Positions 9,869 through 22,664 are shown, numbered from the stretch's first letter. The stretch: DNA of 64,000 bases from Dehalococcoidia bacterium (GCA_963663235.2 CAXXNO010000004.1:512001-576000), one strand, 5' to 3'. The notes: a model not told the origin generated them from the letters alone. Numbers and translations are program-made.

Positions 9869-10183
9869 TTACCACTTGAGCAAGTTCACTTCGTCTACGT
9901 TGACCGTGGCCCGGCTGCGGTACAGGCGCACCACGACACCCAGCGCCAGCGCCACCTCCGCCGCCGCGATCACGACCACGAAGAACGCGAAGATGATCCC
10001 GGTGAAGTTGCCGAAGGGGATGCGCCCGTAGACGGCGAACGCCACCAGGTTGATGCTCACAGCGTTGAGCATCAGTTCGACCGACATGAGGATGGCGACG
10101 GCGTTGCGGCGGGTCAGCACGCCCATGACGCCGATGCTGAAGAGGATCGCGCTGACCACCAGGACGTTCTCGAGAGGCGGCAC
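9869..10183 (-). CDS. nuoK: NADH-quinone oxidoreductase subunit K
   Basis: RRNAVAILMSVELMLNA, AAAEVALAL. Confidence 0.96.
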   Translation of the reverse strand: MPPLENVLVVSAILFSIGVMGVLTRRNAVAILMSVELMLNAVSINLVAFAVYGRIPFGNFTGIIFAFFVVVIAAAEVALALGVVVRLYRSRATVNVDEVNLLKW

Positions 10184-10689
10184 TAGCGCTCCTCCTCGTC
10201 GTCCGGCAGCGAGAGCAGGATGGCGCCGGCCAGCGCAATCAGGAGGACCACGGAGACCACTTCAAACGGCACCGCCCAGACGCTAAAGAGCACGTCGCCG
10301 ATCTCCTGGAAGGGCACCGGCTCAATATCGTCCCGCGCCGGCTGCGTCCACTCCGTCGCGACGATGCCGCCGATGAACGCCGCCAGCAGCCCGCCGGCCA
10401 CGGCCACGGCGAAGGGGCGGTTCTTGCCGAACACCGCCTGCGGGCGCTCCCGCGATCGCGTCAGCATGAGCGCGAAGAGGACCAGCATGATCACGGCGGC
10501 GCCGTAGATCACCAGCTGCGCCAGGGCCAGGAACTCCACGGAGAGAATGACGTAGACCCCCGCCACGGCGGCGAGGGCCATGATGAGGGCAAGAGCCGCG
10601 TGGACGATGTTGCGGAAAAGCACGACGCCCAGGCCGGCCGCAATCATGAAGAACGCGATGATGTAGAAAACGACTTCGGTCGCGGTCAC
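10183..10689 (-). CDS. nuoJ: NADH-quinone oxidoreductase subunit J
   Basis: NIVHAALAL, EFLALAQLVIYGAAVIMLVLFALML, PFEVVSVVLLIALAGAI; real start is GTG at 10689 inside the longer listed ORF. Confidence 0.95.
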   Translation of the reverse strand: MTATEVVFYIIAFFMIAAGLGVVLFRNIVHAALALIMALAAVAGVYVILSVEFLALAQLVIYGAAVIMLVLFALMLTRSRERPQAVFGKNRPFAVAVAGGLLAAFIGGIVATEWTQPARDDIEPVPFQEIGDVLFSVWAVPFEVVSVVLLIALAGAILLSLPDDEEER

Positions 10690-10700
10690 GCGTCGTCCAC

Positions 10701-11924
10701 CTAGGAACCGCTGCCCCCGCCGGCTCCGCTCACGTCGGATGCGGTGATCATGCGCGGGCGCGCGGGCCGCAGCCGGAGCCTGCGGGCGGCCTCCCCCGCC
10801 TGAAGCCGTGCCCGACCGTAGACCAGGCCGGCCAAAAGGACAAGCAGCGCCAGCGAGGTCAGGCCGATGATCCAGTCGGCGCCGTTGTAGGCCAGGATGA
10901 TGGCGTTCGCCATGACTTGGAAGATCGAGAACGGCAACAGCACCTTCCAGGAAAAGGCCATCAACTGGTCGATGCGCAGGCGCGGCATGACCGCGCGCGA
11001 CCAGAAGATGACGAAGATCAGCGCCGACGCCTTGAGCAACGTCAGGACCAACTGCAGGCCCAGGCCGGCGTCTGCGCCGAAGGGGAAGTTCCAGCCGCCC
11101 AGGAACACCACCGACGCTATGAGCACCAGGAGCAGCAGGGCGGTGTACTCCGCCAGGAAGAAGAAGCTCCAGCGGATGCCGCTGTATTCGATGAAATACC
11201 CTCCCACCACCTCGGACTCGGCGACCGGCGTGTCGAACGGCGGCCGGTGCAACTCGGCCAGCGCCGCCACCATGAAGATGACGAAGCCCAGCGGCTGCAA
11301 GAGGAAGAACGGCGTGGTGCGCTGGTCCCCGGCGATCACATTGAGGTTCAGCGCGCCCGCCGCGCTGCCGGTGTCGGCGATGAGGTGGCTCGCCACGATC
11401 AGCACCACGCCCACGCTGACCATCAGCATGGGCAGCTCGTAGGAGATCGCCTGTGCGGCGGCGCGCACGGCTCCCAGCAGTGCGTACTTGTTGTCCGATC
11501 CCCAGCCCGCCATGACCACCCCCACAAGGTTCAGCCCCAGGACGCCGAAGACGTAGAGGAAGCCCAACTCCAGGTCGCGCACGATCCACGTCTGGGTGAA
11601 GGGTATGGGGACGAAGATCAGAAAGATGGGGACGAAGGCGAAGTACGGCGCCAGCTCAAAGACCCAGCGATCCGCCGAGGTCGGTCGCAGGTCCTCTTTG
11701 GCCATGAGCTTGAGGGCGTCGGCCGCCGATTGCAGTATGCCGAAGGGGCCGGTGCGGGTGGGCCCCACCCGCTGATGGAACCGCGCCAGAACCTTGCGCT
11801 CGAGGTAGATGAGCGCCAGCGCGTTGACCGTCATCAATGCAACGATGAAGACGATCCGAAGCAGCGCGTCCACGACGGCCGGCAGGTCGACGCCGGCGAA
11901 TTCGCTCAGGACGACGTCCGGCAT
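10701..11924 (-). CDS. nuoH: NADH-quinone oxidoreductase subunit H
   Basis: ERKVLARFHQRVGP, ADALKLMAKED, AQAISYELP, AELHRPPFD.PVAESE..GYFIEYSG. Confidence 0.97.
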   Translation of the reverse strand: MPDVVLSEFAGVDLPAVVDALLRIVFIVALMTVNALALIYLERKVLARFHQRVGPTRTGPFGILQSAADALKLMAKEDLRPTSADRWVFELAPYFAFVPIFLIFVPIPFTQTWIVRDLELGFLYVFGVLGLNLVGVVMAGWGSDNKYALLGAVRAAAQAISYELPMLMVSVGVVLIVASHLIADTGSAAGALNLNVIAGDQRTTPFFLLQPLGFVIFMVAALAELHRPPFDTPVAESEVVGGYFIEYSGIRWSFFFLAEYTALLLLVLIASVVFLGGWNFPFGADAGLGLQLVLTLLKASALIFVIFWSRAVMPRLRIDQLMAFSWKVLLPFSIFQVMANAIILAYNGADWIIGLTSLALLVLLAGLVYGRARLQAGEAARRLRLRPARPRMITASDVSGAGGGSGS

Positions 11925-12059
11925 CTCGCTCTCCGGGCCGCCTCCGCGGACAGCGGCCGCCGGGACTCCGCTTCGTCTCTGCCGAGCAGGCTACGCCCTC
12001 CGGCAGGCAAGAGCCAGTCGCCGCCGCGCCGCCGCCGTGCGGCCGCACCGCCCGGATCG

Positions 12060-13208
12060 TTAGCGGTCCACCTCGCCGAGCACGATGTCGATCGATCCCA
12101 ACATGAGGACCGCGTCGGCGATGTACGCGCCCACCGCTTGGTGCTTGAGCGAACTCAGGTTGTGGAAGCAGGGGCTGCGCACCTTCATGCGCCAGGGGCC
12201 AGTGGAGCCGTCGGACACCATGTAGATGCCGTACTCCCCCCGCGGGTTCTCCTGGCGCATGTAGACCTCGCCCGGGTCCGGCCGCAGGACGCGCGGCATC
12301 GCCTCCGAGACGATAGGGCCGCTCGTCGGCAGCTGGTCCAACGCCTGTTCGACGATGCGCACCGACTGGCGCATCTCCTCCAGCCGCACGAGGTAGCGGT
12401 CGTAGACGTCGCCGCGGTCGCCGGTGGGGATCTCCCAATCGAATCGGTCGTAGATGGAGTACGGCTCGTCGACGCGCAGGTCCAGGGGCACGCCGGAGGC
12501 CCGCAGCATGGGGCCGGTCACGCCGAAGTTGATCGCGTCCTCCGCGGAGAGGTTGCCGACGTCGCGGCAGCGGGCGATCATGATTTCGTTGGTGGTCATC
12601 AACTGGTCGACGTCTTTGATGCCCTCGATCACTCGCTGCAGCACCCAGCGGGAATCATCGAGGAAGGTTGGATGCGGTTCCCAGGCGAGGCCGCCGACGC
12701 GGAAGTAGTTGTACATCATGCGGTCGCCGCAGACGGCCTCGAACAGGTCCTGGATCCGCTCACGCTCCTTGAAGCTCCACGTGAACGCGGTGCCGAAGAA
12801 GCCGATGTCCGTGCCGAAGGAGCCCATGAACATGAAGTGCGAGAGGATGCGGTTCAGTTCGGCCAAGATCAAGCGCACGTACTCGGCGCGCTCCGGCACC
12901 TCGATGCCGGCCAGCCGCTCCACGGCGTTGCAGTAGACCCATTCGTTGTTGAAGGCGGCCAGGTAGTCGGTGCGGTCCTGGAAGCCCAGCGCGCCCCGGT
13001 AGTCCAGGTTCTCCGAGAGCTTCTCCGCACCGCGATGCAAATAGCCGATGTACGACGTGACATCCTTGATCTGCTCGCCGTCCACGGTGAGGACCATGCG
13101 GAACACCCCGTGCGTCGACGGGTGCTGCGGCCCCATGTTGATGTTCATGTCGACCGTCTCGAACTCTTCTTCGAAGACGACCGGGTCCGTGACCAACTGC
13201 TGGGTCAC
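12060..13208 (-). CDS. nuoD: NADH-quinone oxidoreductase subunit D
   Basis: NMGPQHPSTHGVFR, GYLHRGAEK, DRTDY, C-terminal GEVDR; no hydrogenase CxxC motifs. Confidence 0.97.
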   Translation of the reverse strand: MTQQLVTDPVVFEEEFETVDMNINMGPQHPSTHGVFRMVLTVDGEQIKDVTSYIGYLHRGAEKLSENLDYRGALGFQDRTDYLAAFNNEWVYCNAVERLAGIEVPERAEYVRLILAELNRILSHFMFMGSFGTDIGFFGTAFTWSFKERERIQDLFEAVCGDRMMYNYFRVGGLAWEPHPTFLDDSRWVLQRVIEGIKDVDQLMTTNEIMIARCRDVGNLSAEDAINFGVTGPMLRASGVPLDLRVDEPYSIYDRFDWEIPTGDRGDVYDRYLVRLEEMRQSVRIVEQALDQLPTSGPIVSEAMPRVLRPDPGEVYMRQENPRGEYGIYMVSDGSTGPWRMKVRSPCFHNLSSLKHQAVGAYIADAVLMLGSIDIVLGEVDR

Positions 13209-14252
13209 CTAGCCCTCCGCTTTCTTTTCCGCGCGGCGCTGCGCGGCCAGTTCGCGCGCGCGCGCGACTCGGTCGGCTTGGTCGGCTTTCTTGGCCTCGC
13301 GCTCCTCCGGCGTCATGTCGGCCGTGGCCTTTTTCGCGGCGGCGGCCGGAGCCGGAGCGGCCGGCTTGGTGGGGGCGGCGGGCGCTACCGCTGCGGGCGC
13401 CTCGGCGACGGACGCCTCGGCCGCGACCGCCTTCGTCGCGGCCTTCGGCGGGCCGAGTTCCGCCCGCCGGGCGGCGGCCAGTTCACGGCCGCGCTGCACC
13501 CGTTCGGCCTGGGCGGCCTTCTTGGCGGCCAACTCCTCCGGCGTGAGGTCCGCCGCGGGTTTGGCATCCGCCTTGCCTCCCACGGCCGCCTCCGCCCGCT
13601 TCTTGGCTTCGGCGATGCGACGGGCCCGCTCGTCATCCACGGGGGCGGCGGCCGTCTCCTCCGCCGCGGGCGGCTCCTGGCGGGGGTGCGTCTTGGTGAA
13701 GTACTCGACGTCGACGCCCTGCTTGAGCTCGATCGGCGCCAGCGGGTGGCTCCGGCGCAGGACCGGGATGTCAAAGTCTTCGTCCAGCAGCAGGTTGCGC
13801 GGGTCCGGGTGCCCCTCGAACTCGATGCCGAACATCTCCCGGCATTCGCGCTCCGCCCACTCGGCCATGGCCCAGAGGTCGGTGACCGTGGGCAGCGAGG
13901 GGTTCTCGGCGGGCACCCACGTCTTGATCGCTACGGAGTGATAGAGCGAGGTGGAGTAGAGGTGATAGACGACCTCTAGCCCGCGCTCCAGCCAGTCCAC
14001 CGCGGTCTGGTTGCGCAGGAGGTCCATACGCAGCATGGGATGGTCGCGAGAGACCTTGAGGATGTGGTGCAGCTGCTCCGGCGGGACGGTCAGCGCGACG
14101 TCCCACTTGGTCTGCTCGGCCTCGAAGTCCACGGCCGCGATCGCCTCGCGGTACAGATCGGCGATGCTGCCCGGCTCCGGCGGGACAGGGGTCCGCTCCT
14201 TGGCCGGCGGCTTGGGGGCGCTCGCGGCCGTGGCTTTCGCGTCGCTCGTCAT
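13209..14252 (-). CDS. nuoC: NADH-quinone oxidoreductase subunit C with long repeat-containing C-terminal tail
   Basis: [37 protein letters not shown]; ATG at 14252 overlaps the nuoB stop. Confidence 0.93.
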   Translation of the reverse strand: MTSDAKATAASAPKPPAKERTPVPPEPGSIADLYREAIAAVDFEAEQTKWDVALTVPPEQLHHILKVSRDHPMLRMDLLRNQTAVDWLERGLEVVYHLYSTSLYHSVAIKTWVPAENPSLPTVTDLWAMAEWAERECREMFGIEFEGHPDPRNLLLDEDFDIPVLRRSHPLAPIELKQGVDVEYFTKTHPRQEPPAAEETAAAPVDDERARRIAEAKKRAEAAVGGKADAKPAADLTPEELAAKKAAQAERVQRGRELAAARRAELGPPKAATKAVAAEASVAEAPAAVAPAAPTKPAAPAPAAAAKKATADMTPEEREAKKADQADRVARARELAAQRRAEKKAEG

Positions 14253-14812
14253 AGAGAGCGGCTCCGGTCCTCCATGATCTTGTCTTGGAGGGACAGGAAG
14301 CCGTCCAGCAGCGACTCCGGCCGCGGAGGGCAGCCGGGAACGTACACGTCGACGGGAATGATGTTGTCCACCCCTTGCAGGACGCGGTCGTACTGCGTGT
14401 AGGGGCCGCCGTTGGTGGCGCAGGCGCCCATGGCGATCACCCACTTGGGGTGGGGCATCTGCTCGTAGAGCAGTTTGACGGCCGGCGCCATCTTCTTGGT
14501 CACGGTGCCGGCCACGATCATCACGTCGCTCTGACGCGGCGACGGCCAGGGCACGATGCCGAAGCGGTCGAAATCGTGATTGGACATGTACGTGGAGATC
14601 ATCTCGATCGCGCAGCAGGCCAGCCCGAAGGTCATGGGCCAGAGCGAGGACTTGCGCGCGGCCGCGATCACGGCATCGGCGGGCACCTGCATGACGCCCG
14701 GCAAGACCGCCTTGTACAGAACGGTCGGCGGCTCGACGTCGGAGGGGACGAGCCGCAGTCTCTCCGGGGTGGGAGAGAGGGAGACTACCTCTCCACTGTC
14801 CCTTTCTGCCAT
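14249..14812 (-). CDS. nuoB: NADH-quinone oxidoreductase subunit B
   Basis: [33 protein letters not shown] (N2 cluster ligands). Confidence 0.97.
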   Translation of the reverse strand: MAERDSGEVVSLSPTPERLRLVPSDVEPPTVLYKAVLPGVMQVPADAVIAAARKSSLWPMTFGLACCAIEMISTYMSNHDFDRFGIVPWPSPRQSDVMIVAGTVTKKMAPAVKLLYEQMPHPKWVIAMGACATNGGPYTQYDRVLQGVDNIIPVDVYVPGCPPRPESLLDGFLSLQDKIMEDRSRSL

Positions 14813-15180
14813 TCCAGGACACCTTTCCGCCAGGCATAGCCCAGGCCTATGCCCAGAATTCCGATGAAGAGGATCATCTCCCACAGGACGAAGCGGCCCA
14901 CGCTGTCGGTGAGCCCCAGGAAGGACGTCGCCCAGGGGAAGAGGAAGATGATCTCCACATCAAACACCAGGAAGAGGATGGCGAAGATGTAATAGCGTAC
15001 GTGCACCTGCACCCAGTTCCGGCCGATGGGCAGCATGCCGCACTCGTACACCTGCCCCTTGAGCCGGGTCTTGCGTCGGGGCGCCAGGAGTTTGGTGACC
15101 ATCAGCCCGTTCAGCACCACGAAGGTGCCGACCAGCGCCGCGATCAGCACTGCGCTGTAGTTCTCAAGCAGTTCGGACAC
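14785..15180 (-). CDS. nuoA: NADH-quinone oxidoreductase subunit A
   Basis: [35 protein letters not shown]. Confidence 0.96.
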   Translation of the reverse strand: MSELLENYSAVLIAALVGTFVVLNGLMVTKLLAPRRKTRLKGQVYECGMLPIGRNWVQVHVRYYIFAILFLVFDVEIIFLFPWATSFLGLTDSVGRFVLWEMILFIGILGIGLGYAWRKGVLEWQKGTVER

Positions 15181-15272
15181 GCAACGCTCCCCCGCGCATC
15201 GAGCCGGGCGTCCAGGCAGCACCGTACCGCTGCATTAGGCAACGGCGAGGTTGCAAAAGCAAGCCTGGTCAG

Positions 15273-15301
15273 ATCGTAGGCAGGGGTCCTGGGCCTGTCA
15301 A
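15273..15301 (-). promoter_or_regulatory. Sigma70-type promoter of the nuo operon
   Basis: Minus strand TTGACA-17 nt-TACGAT, about 90 nt upstream of nuoA. Confidence 0.85.
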
Positions 15302-15331
15302 CGAAATGCGGGTGTCCGCCACGGTGGCGCC

Positions 15332-18139
15332 CTACTCCAGCTCCGCCAGCCGGGACTGCAGCCCGCGCAGGCGCCCTTGCACCTCCTCGTGCCGGGCCTG
15401 TTCTCGGGCGATGACCTCCGCTGGGGCCTTTGTGCGGAAGCCGTCGCTGGCGAGCTTGCCTTCGATCCGCCGGATCCGATCTTCGCTCTCGGCGATCTCC
15501 TTCTCCAGCCGCGTCCGCTCCGCCGCCAGGTCCACCAGCCCGCCGAGCGGCAGCACCACTTCCCCCCGGCTCAGCACCCGCGCCACGACCTGTTCATGGG
15601 GCGCGGCGCTGCGATCGCTCACGACGTGGAGCGGTCGGGCTCGGGCGAGCACCTCCACCACGGCAGCCCGATCGCGCAGGATCGTTGCGTCGTGGTCGGC
15701 GACGACGTACGCCTCAACCCAGCGCCCCGCCTCCACCCTCTTCTCGGCGCGGACCGTGCGGATGGCGCGCACCACCTCCTGGAGCGCGCCGAAGGTCCGC
15801 TCGGCGCCGTCGTCGATCCAGCGCGCCTCGCCACGCGGGTACGGTGCCACGATCAACGCGGCGGCGGCTTCATCCCGCAGATGGGGTCGCAGCCGCTGCC
15901 AGATCTCCTCCGTGACGAAGGGCATGTACGGGTGCAGCAGGCGCAGGCCGCTGTCCAGGACGTGCACCAGCACGGGCAGCGGTGAGCGGTCGCCGGCGCG
16001 CAGCCGGACCTTGCTGGCCTCGACGTACCAGTCGAAGAACTCGTTCCAGAGGAAGTCGTGGATCTGGCGGCCCGCTTCGCCCAACTGAAAGTCGCCGAGC
16101 AGCGTATCGACGCCGCCGGCGAGCCGGTGCAGGCGCGAGAGGATCCAGCGGTCCTCCGGCAAGAGCGCGGTCGCGCCGGCCGGGTCCGGCCTGTCGACGC
16201 GCGCGCCGTCCAGTTCGCCGAGCACGAACCGGGCGCCGTTCCAGAGCTTGTTGGCAAAGTTGCGGCTGCCCTGCAGGCGCTCGTCGGTCATGCGCATGTC
16301 GTTGCCCGGCGTGGAGCCGGTGGCGAGGGTGAAGCGCAGGGCGTCCATGCCGTACTGCTCGCCGGCGACCAGCGGGTCGATGGCGTTGCCCAGGCTCTTG
16401 CTCATCTTGCGCCCCCCGGCGTCGCGCACCAGGCCGTGTAGGTAGATGCTGCGGAAGGGTGGCACGCCGTCCATGTTGTGGCAGGAGAGCATGACCATGC
16501 GGGCGACCCAAAAGAAGATGATGTCGTAGCCCGTCTCCATGACCGAGGTGGGATAGAAGCGGCGCAGATCCGGGCTCTGTTCCGGCCAGCCCAGCGTCGA
16601 GTGAGGCCAGAGGCCGCTGCTGAACCAGGTGTCGAGCACGTCCGGGTCTTGGATCAGCGTCCCCGCGCCGCACGCCCCGCACCCCTCCTCCGGCTCGCTC
16701 TCCCCGCTCACGATCGGCGTCACGCCCTCGCCGATCTGGACCCGGTCGGCCCGCTCCACGATCGCCGCCTCGTCGAAGCCCTGACGCAGCAGGTCGGACA
16801 CCCGCCCGGCCGCCTCCTCGTTCTTGAGCGCGACCGTGATGCGCTCGCCGTCGCAGCGCAGGCAGTACCAGACGGGGATGCGATGCCCCCACCACAACTG
16901 GCGGCTGATGCACCAGGGGCGGATGTTCTCCAGCCACTGCAGGTAGACCTTGGTGAAGCGCTCCGGCACGATGCGCACTTCCCCGTCGCGCACCACCTGG
17001 GCCGCCTTGGCGGCCAGGGCGTCCATCTCCACGAACCATTGATCGCTGACCAGCGGCTCGACCACCGTGTTACAGCGCTGGCAGTGGCCCACGCTGTGGG
17101 CATACTCCTCGCGTTTGACGATGAGCCCGGCCGCCTCCAGGTCGGCCACGGCGCGGCGCCGGGCCTCGTCGCGGTCCAGGCCCGCATAGGGGCCGGCGGC
17201 TTCGCTCATGACGCCGTCCCAGTCGATGGCGCGGATGGCCTCCAGCCCGTGCCGCTCGCCGATCTCGAAGTCCAGGGGATCGTGCCCGGGCGTGATTTTC
17301 AGCGCGCCGCTGCCGAAGTCGATCTGCACGGCGGCGTCGGCGATGACGGGCAACTCGCGTTCGATCCCGGGCAGCGGCAGGCGCACGCGCCGGCCGACGG
17401 CGTCACGCCAGCGCTCGTCCTCCGGGTTCACGGCCACGGCGACGTCGGCGACGATCGTCTCCGGTCGCGTGGTGGCGATGACCATGCCGCCGTCTCCGTC
17501 GTCGGCCCACGGGTACCGCACGTACCAGAGCGCGCCGCGCTCCTCCTCGTAGTCGACTTCGAGGTCGGAGATGGCGGTCTGGCAGCGGGGACACCAGTTG
17601 ATGATGCGGTGCCCGCGGTAGATCTTGCCGTCCCGGAACAGGTTGACGAACGTGGTGCGGACCGCGCGCTGCGGGCCCGCATCCAGCGTAAAGACCGTTC
17701 GCGACCAGTCGCAGGAGGCGCCCATCAGCCGCAGCTGCTCCTCGATGCGGGGCCGGGTTTCGTTGACCCAGCGCCAGACCCGCTCGACGAACGCGTCGCG
17801 GCCCAGGTCGTGCCGGCTGAGGCCCTCCTTGGCCAATGCGGCTTCGACCACGTTCTGGGTGGCGATCCCGGCGTGGTCCACCCCGGGCACCCAGAGCGTC
17901 GGCTCGCCGAGCATCCGGTGCCAGCGGCAGAGCACGTCCTCGATGGTGGTCGTCAGCGCGTGGCCCAGGTGCAGCGCCCCCGTGACGTTGGGGGGCGGCA
18001 TGATGATGGTGAACGGTGGGGCGCCGTCCCGATCATGCGGCTGGAAGTAGCCGCCCTGCTCCCAGAACGCGTACGTCCGGCCTTCGACCGCGTGCGGGCG
18101 ATACGCTTTCGGTAGGGGCGCGGCGCTGGCTGGGGTCAC
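15332..18139 (-). CDS. valS: Valine--tRNA ligase
   Basis: PPPNVTGALHLGHA, DHAGIATQ, WCISRQLWWGHRIP, KMSKS, C-terminal coiled coil. Confidence 0.98.
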   Translation of the reverse strand: MTPASAAPLPKAYRPHAVEGRTYAFWEQGGYFQPHDRDGAPPFTIIMPPPNVTGALHLGHALTTTIEDVLCRWHRMLGEPTLWVPGVDHAGIATQNVVEAALAKEGLSRHDLGRDAFVERVWRWVNETRPRIEEQLRLMGASCDWSRTVFTLDAGPQRAVRTTFVNLFRDGKIYRGHRIINWCPRCQTAISDLEVDYEEERGALWYVRYPWADDGDGGMVIATTRPETIVADVAVAVNPEDERWRDAVGRRVRLPLPGIERELPVIADAAVQIDFGSGALKITPGHDPLDFEIGERHGLEAIRAIDWDGVMSEAAGPYAGLDRDEARRRAVADLEAAGLIVKREEYAHSVGHCQRCNTVVEPLVSDQWFVEMDALAAKAAQVVRDGEVRIVPERFTKVYLQWLENIRPWCISRQLWWGHRIPVWYCLRCDGERITVALKNEEAAGRVSDLLRQGFDEAAIVERADRVQIGEGVTPIVSGESEPEEGCGACGAGTLIQDPDVLDTWFSSGLWPHSTLGWPEQSPDLRRFYPTSVMETGYDIIFFWVARMVMLSCHNMDGVPPFRSIYLHGLVRDAGGRKMSKSLGNAIDPLVAGEQYGMDALRFTLATGSTPGNDMRMTDERLQGSRNFANKLWNGARFVLGELDGARVDRPDPAGATALLPEDRWILSRLHRLAGGVDTLLGDFQLGEAGRQIHDFLWNEFFDWYVEASKVRLRAGDRSPLPVLVHVLDSGLRLLHPYMPFVTEEIWQRLRPHLRDEAAAALIVAPYPRGEARWIDDGAERTFGALQEVVRAIRTVRAEKRVEAGRWVEAYVVADHDATILRDRAAVVEVLARARPLHVVSDRSAAPHEQVVARVLSRGEVVLPLGGLVDLAAERTRLEKEIAESEDRIRRIEGKLASDGFRTKAPAEVIAREQARHEEVQGRLRGLQSRLAELE

Positions 18140-18155
18140 GGGAAGACCGGCCCCG

Positions 18156-18893
18156 TCAGCGCACCGGGATCGCGTGGCTCTCGACCACGAGGGTGCCCTC
18201 GTCCGGGTCGGTCCCGCGCCGGCGCCGCTGCCGGCGCTCTTCCAACTGGTGCAGTGTCAGCAGCCCCCGGCGCGTGTCGCTGGCCACGCGCGCGGGGTCC
18301 TGCATGGCCATGCGCCGCTTGAAGAGCCAGTAGGTGAACTCGTTGAGCTCGGCCAGCCCGATGCGATCGCTCTGCGGCCGTCCCTCCTCCCGGCGGAAGG
18401 CGGCCAGCAGGTCCAGCCGCGGGGCGCCGTAGATCCGCTGGAACACGTCTTCGTCGACGCGGGCGTCATAGCCCGTGGCGCGGCTGCGGCGCTCCTTCTG
18501 GACCGCCTCTTCCACGGCCAGGTGCAGCGCCTCCTCCACGCGCACGCCGTAGACGAAGTTGAGATGCGCGCGGTACTTGGTCGGGCCCAGGTACTCCTGC
18601 AGGCGCTCCTCGGTCAGGGGGGCCGGGAAGCGCCCCTCCACCAACAGTGCCTCGACTTCTTCGTCCGGCAGGAGGCCGGCGGCGTCGGCGCAGAGCCGCT
18701 CGGCCAGCCGCAGCCAGTCGAGCGCCTCGCCGCCGATGAGGTAGCGGTAGTGCTGGCCGTCCGTTGTCTCTTCGCCGATCTCCCACAGCGAGATGACGTG
18801 GAACAGCGCCTCCAGCCAGGGCCGGCCGCGGCGCAACTCGTCGCGGAACAGCTCGGTCAGGGCTTCGGCGTCGCGGTGGATCAGGGCATCCAT
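18156..18893 (-). CDS. Conserved hypothetical protein
   Basis: 245-aa ORF packed tightly between secA and valS (YRYLIGGEALDWLRLAERL...YRAHLNFVYGVRVEEAL). Confidence 0.8.
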   Translation of the reverse strand: MDALIHRDAEALTELFRDELRRGRPWLEALFHVISLWEIGEETTDGQHYRYLIGGEALDWLRLAERLCADAAGLLPDEEVEALLVEGRFPAPLTEERLQEYLGPTKYRAHLNFVYGVRVEEALHLAVEEAVQKERRSRATGYDARVDEDVFQRIYGAPRLDLLAAFRREEGRPQSDRIGLAELNEFTYWLFKRRMAMQDPARVASDTRRGLLTLHQLEERRQRRRRGTDPDEGTLVVESHAIPVR

Positions 18894-18914
18894 CAGGCAC
18901 TCACCATGACGCGA

Positions 18915-21614
<2,700 letters not shown>

Positions 21615-21692
21615 GCTGCTCTCCGTGGCGGAGGATCCCAAGCCAGCATAGGGCGGATCGGGCGTGGGGCGGTATGCCGCTGGGGCGGGGAC

Positions 21693-22664
21693 TCAGTCGA
21701 ACAGGGCGCCCACCGACTGTCCGGTGTGGATGCGACGGATCGCTTCGCCCAACAGCGGCGCCACCGAGCAGAGCGCGATGCTGTCGCCCTCCTTCTCGGA
21801 CGGTAGAGGCAGCGTGTCCGTGATGACGATCTGCTTGATGTCGGCGGCGGCAATGCGGTCCAGCGCGGGGCCGGAGAGGACCCCGTGGGTGGCGGCCGCG
21901 TACACGTCGCGGGCACCGTTCTCTTTCAGCAGGCCGATCACCGCCAGGAGCGTCCCGGCCGTGTCGATCTCGTCGTCGATAATGAGGACGTCCTGATCCT
22001 GCACGTCGCCGATGAGATGAAACACTTCCGCTTGGTCCCGGCTGTCATTGGAGCCGCGCCGTTTCTCGGAGAGGGCCAGCGGGAGGCCCAGGCGCTCCGC
22101 CAAGTTGCGGGCCCGCTTGGCGCTGCCCAGGTCCGGGGCCACCACCACGCCGTGGAACTCCTGACCGCGGAAGTGGGCGGCCAGCAGATTCATGGCGGTC
22201 AGCTCATCCGTGGGGATGTTGAAGAAGCCTTGGATCTGCCCGGCGTGCAGGTCCACGGTGAGGACGCGGTTGGCCCCGGCGGTCTCAATGAGGTTCGCCA
22301 CCAGGCGGGCGGTGATGGGCACCCGCGGCTGATCCTTCTTATCGGAGCGGCCGTAGGGGAAGTAGGGCAGCACGGCGGTGACCCGCCCGGCGCTGGCCCG
22401 CCGCAGGGCGTCGATCATGATGAGCAGCTCCATGAAGTGATGGTTCACGGGCCGCGCGGCCGGCTGCACCACGAAGACATCTCGCTCGCGCACGTTTTCG
22501 GCGACTTGCACGAAGATGTTCTCGTTGGAAAAGGCGAAGACTTGGGCCTCGCCCAGCGGCTGGCCGAGATAGGCGCAGATATCGGCCGCCAGGCGCGGGT
22601 GGGCATTTCCCGTGAAGATGGCGGGCCCGTGCAAGACCAAGGAGGTGCTCCTTGCGGGAACCAC
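21693..22664 (-). CDS. prs: Ribose-phosphate pyrophosphokinase
   Basis: YFPYGRSDKK, DLHAGQIQGFF, IIDDEIDTAGT. Confidence 0.96.
   Translation of the reverse strand: MVPARSTSLVLHGPAIFTGNAHPRLAADICAYLGQPLGEAQVFAFSNENIFVQVAENVRERDVFVVQPAARPVNHHFMELLIMIDALRRASAGRVTAVLPYFPYGRSDKKDQPRVPITARLVANLIETAGANRVLTVDLHAGQIQGFFNIPTDELTAMNLLAAHFRGQEFHGVVVAPDLGSAKRARNLAERLGLPLALSEKRRGSNDSRDQAEVFHLIGDVQDQDVLIIDDEIDTAGTLLAVIGLLKENGARDVYAAATHGVLSGPALDRIAAADIKQIVITDTLPLPSEKEGDSIALCSVAPLLGEAIRRIHTGQSVGALFD

Noticed and set aside
11925-12059. Remnant of nuoEFG or nuoI in the nuoD-nuoH gap
   Set aside because: 135 bp with no Cys-motif-coding remnant that I could see; at most a weak internal promoter (TAGCCT)
10917-13979. 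Very long antisense ORFs (1020 aa here; also 18174..20732, 28431..30641 and 31641..33155)
   Set aside because: They mirror well-conserved genes on the opposite strand, a typical shadow of high-GC codon bias, and contain no recognisable motifs
12060-14812. Group 4 [NiFe] hydrogenase instead of complex I
   Set aside because: The large subunit lacks both CxxC Ni-binding motifs and ends GEVDR like NuoD
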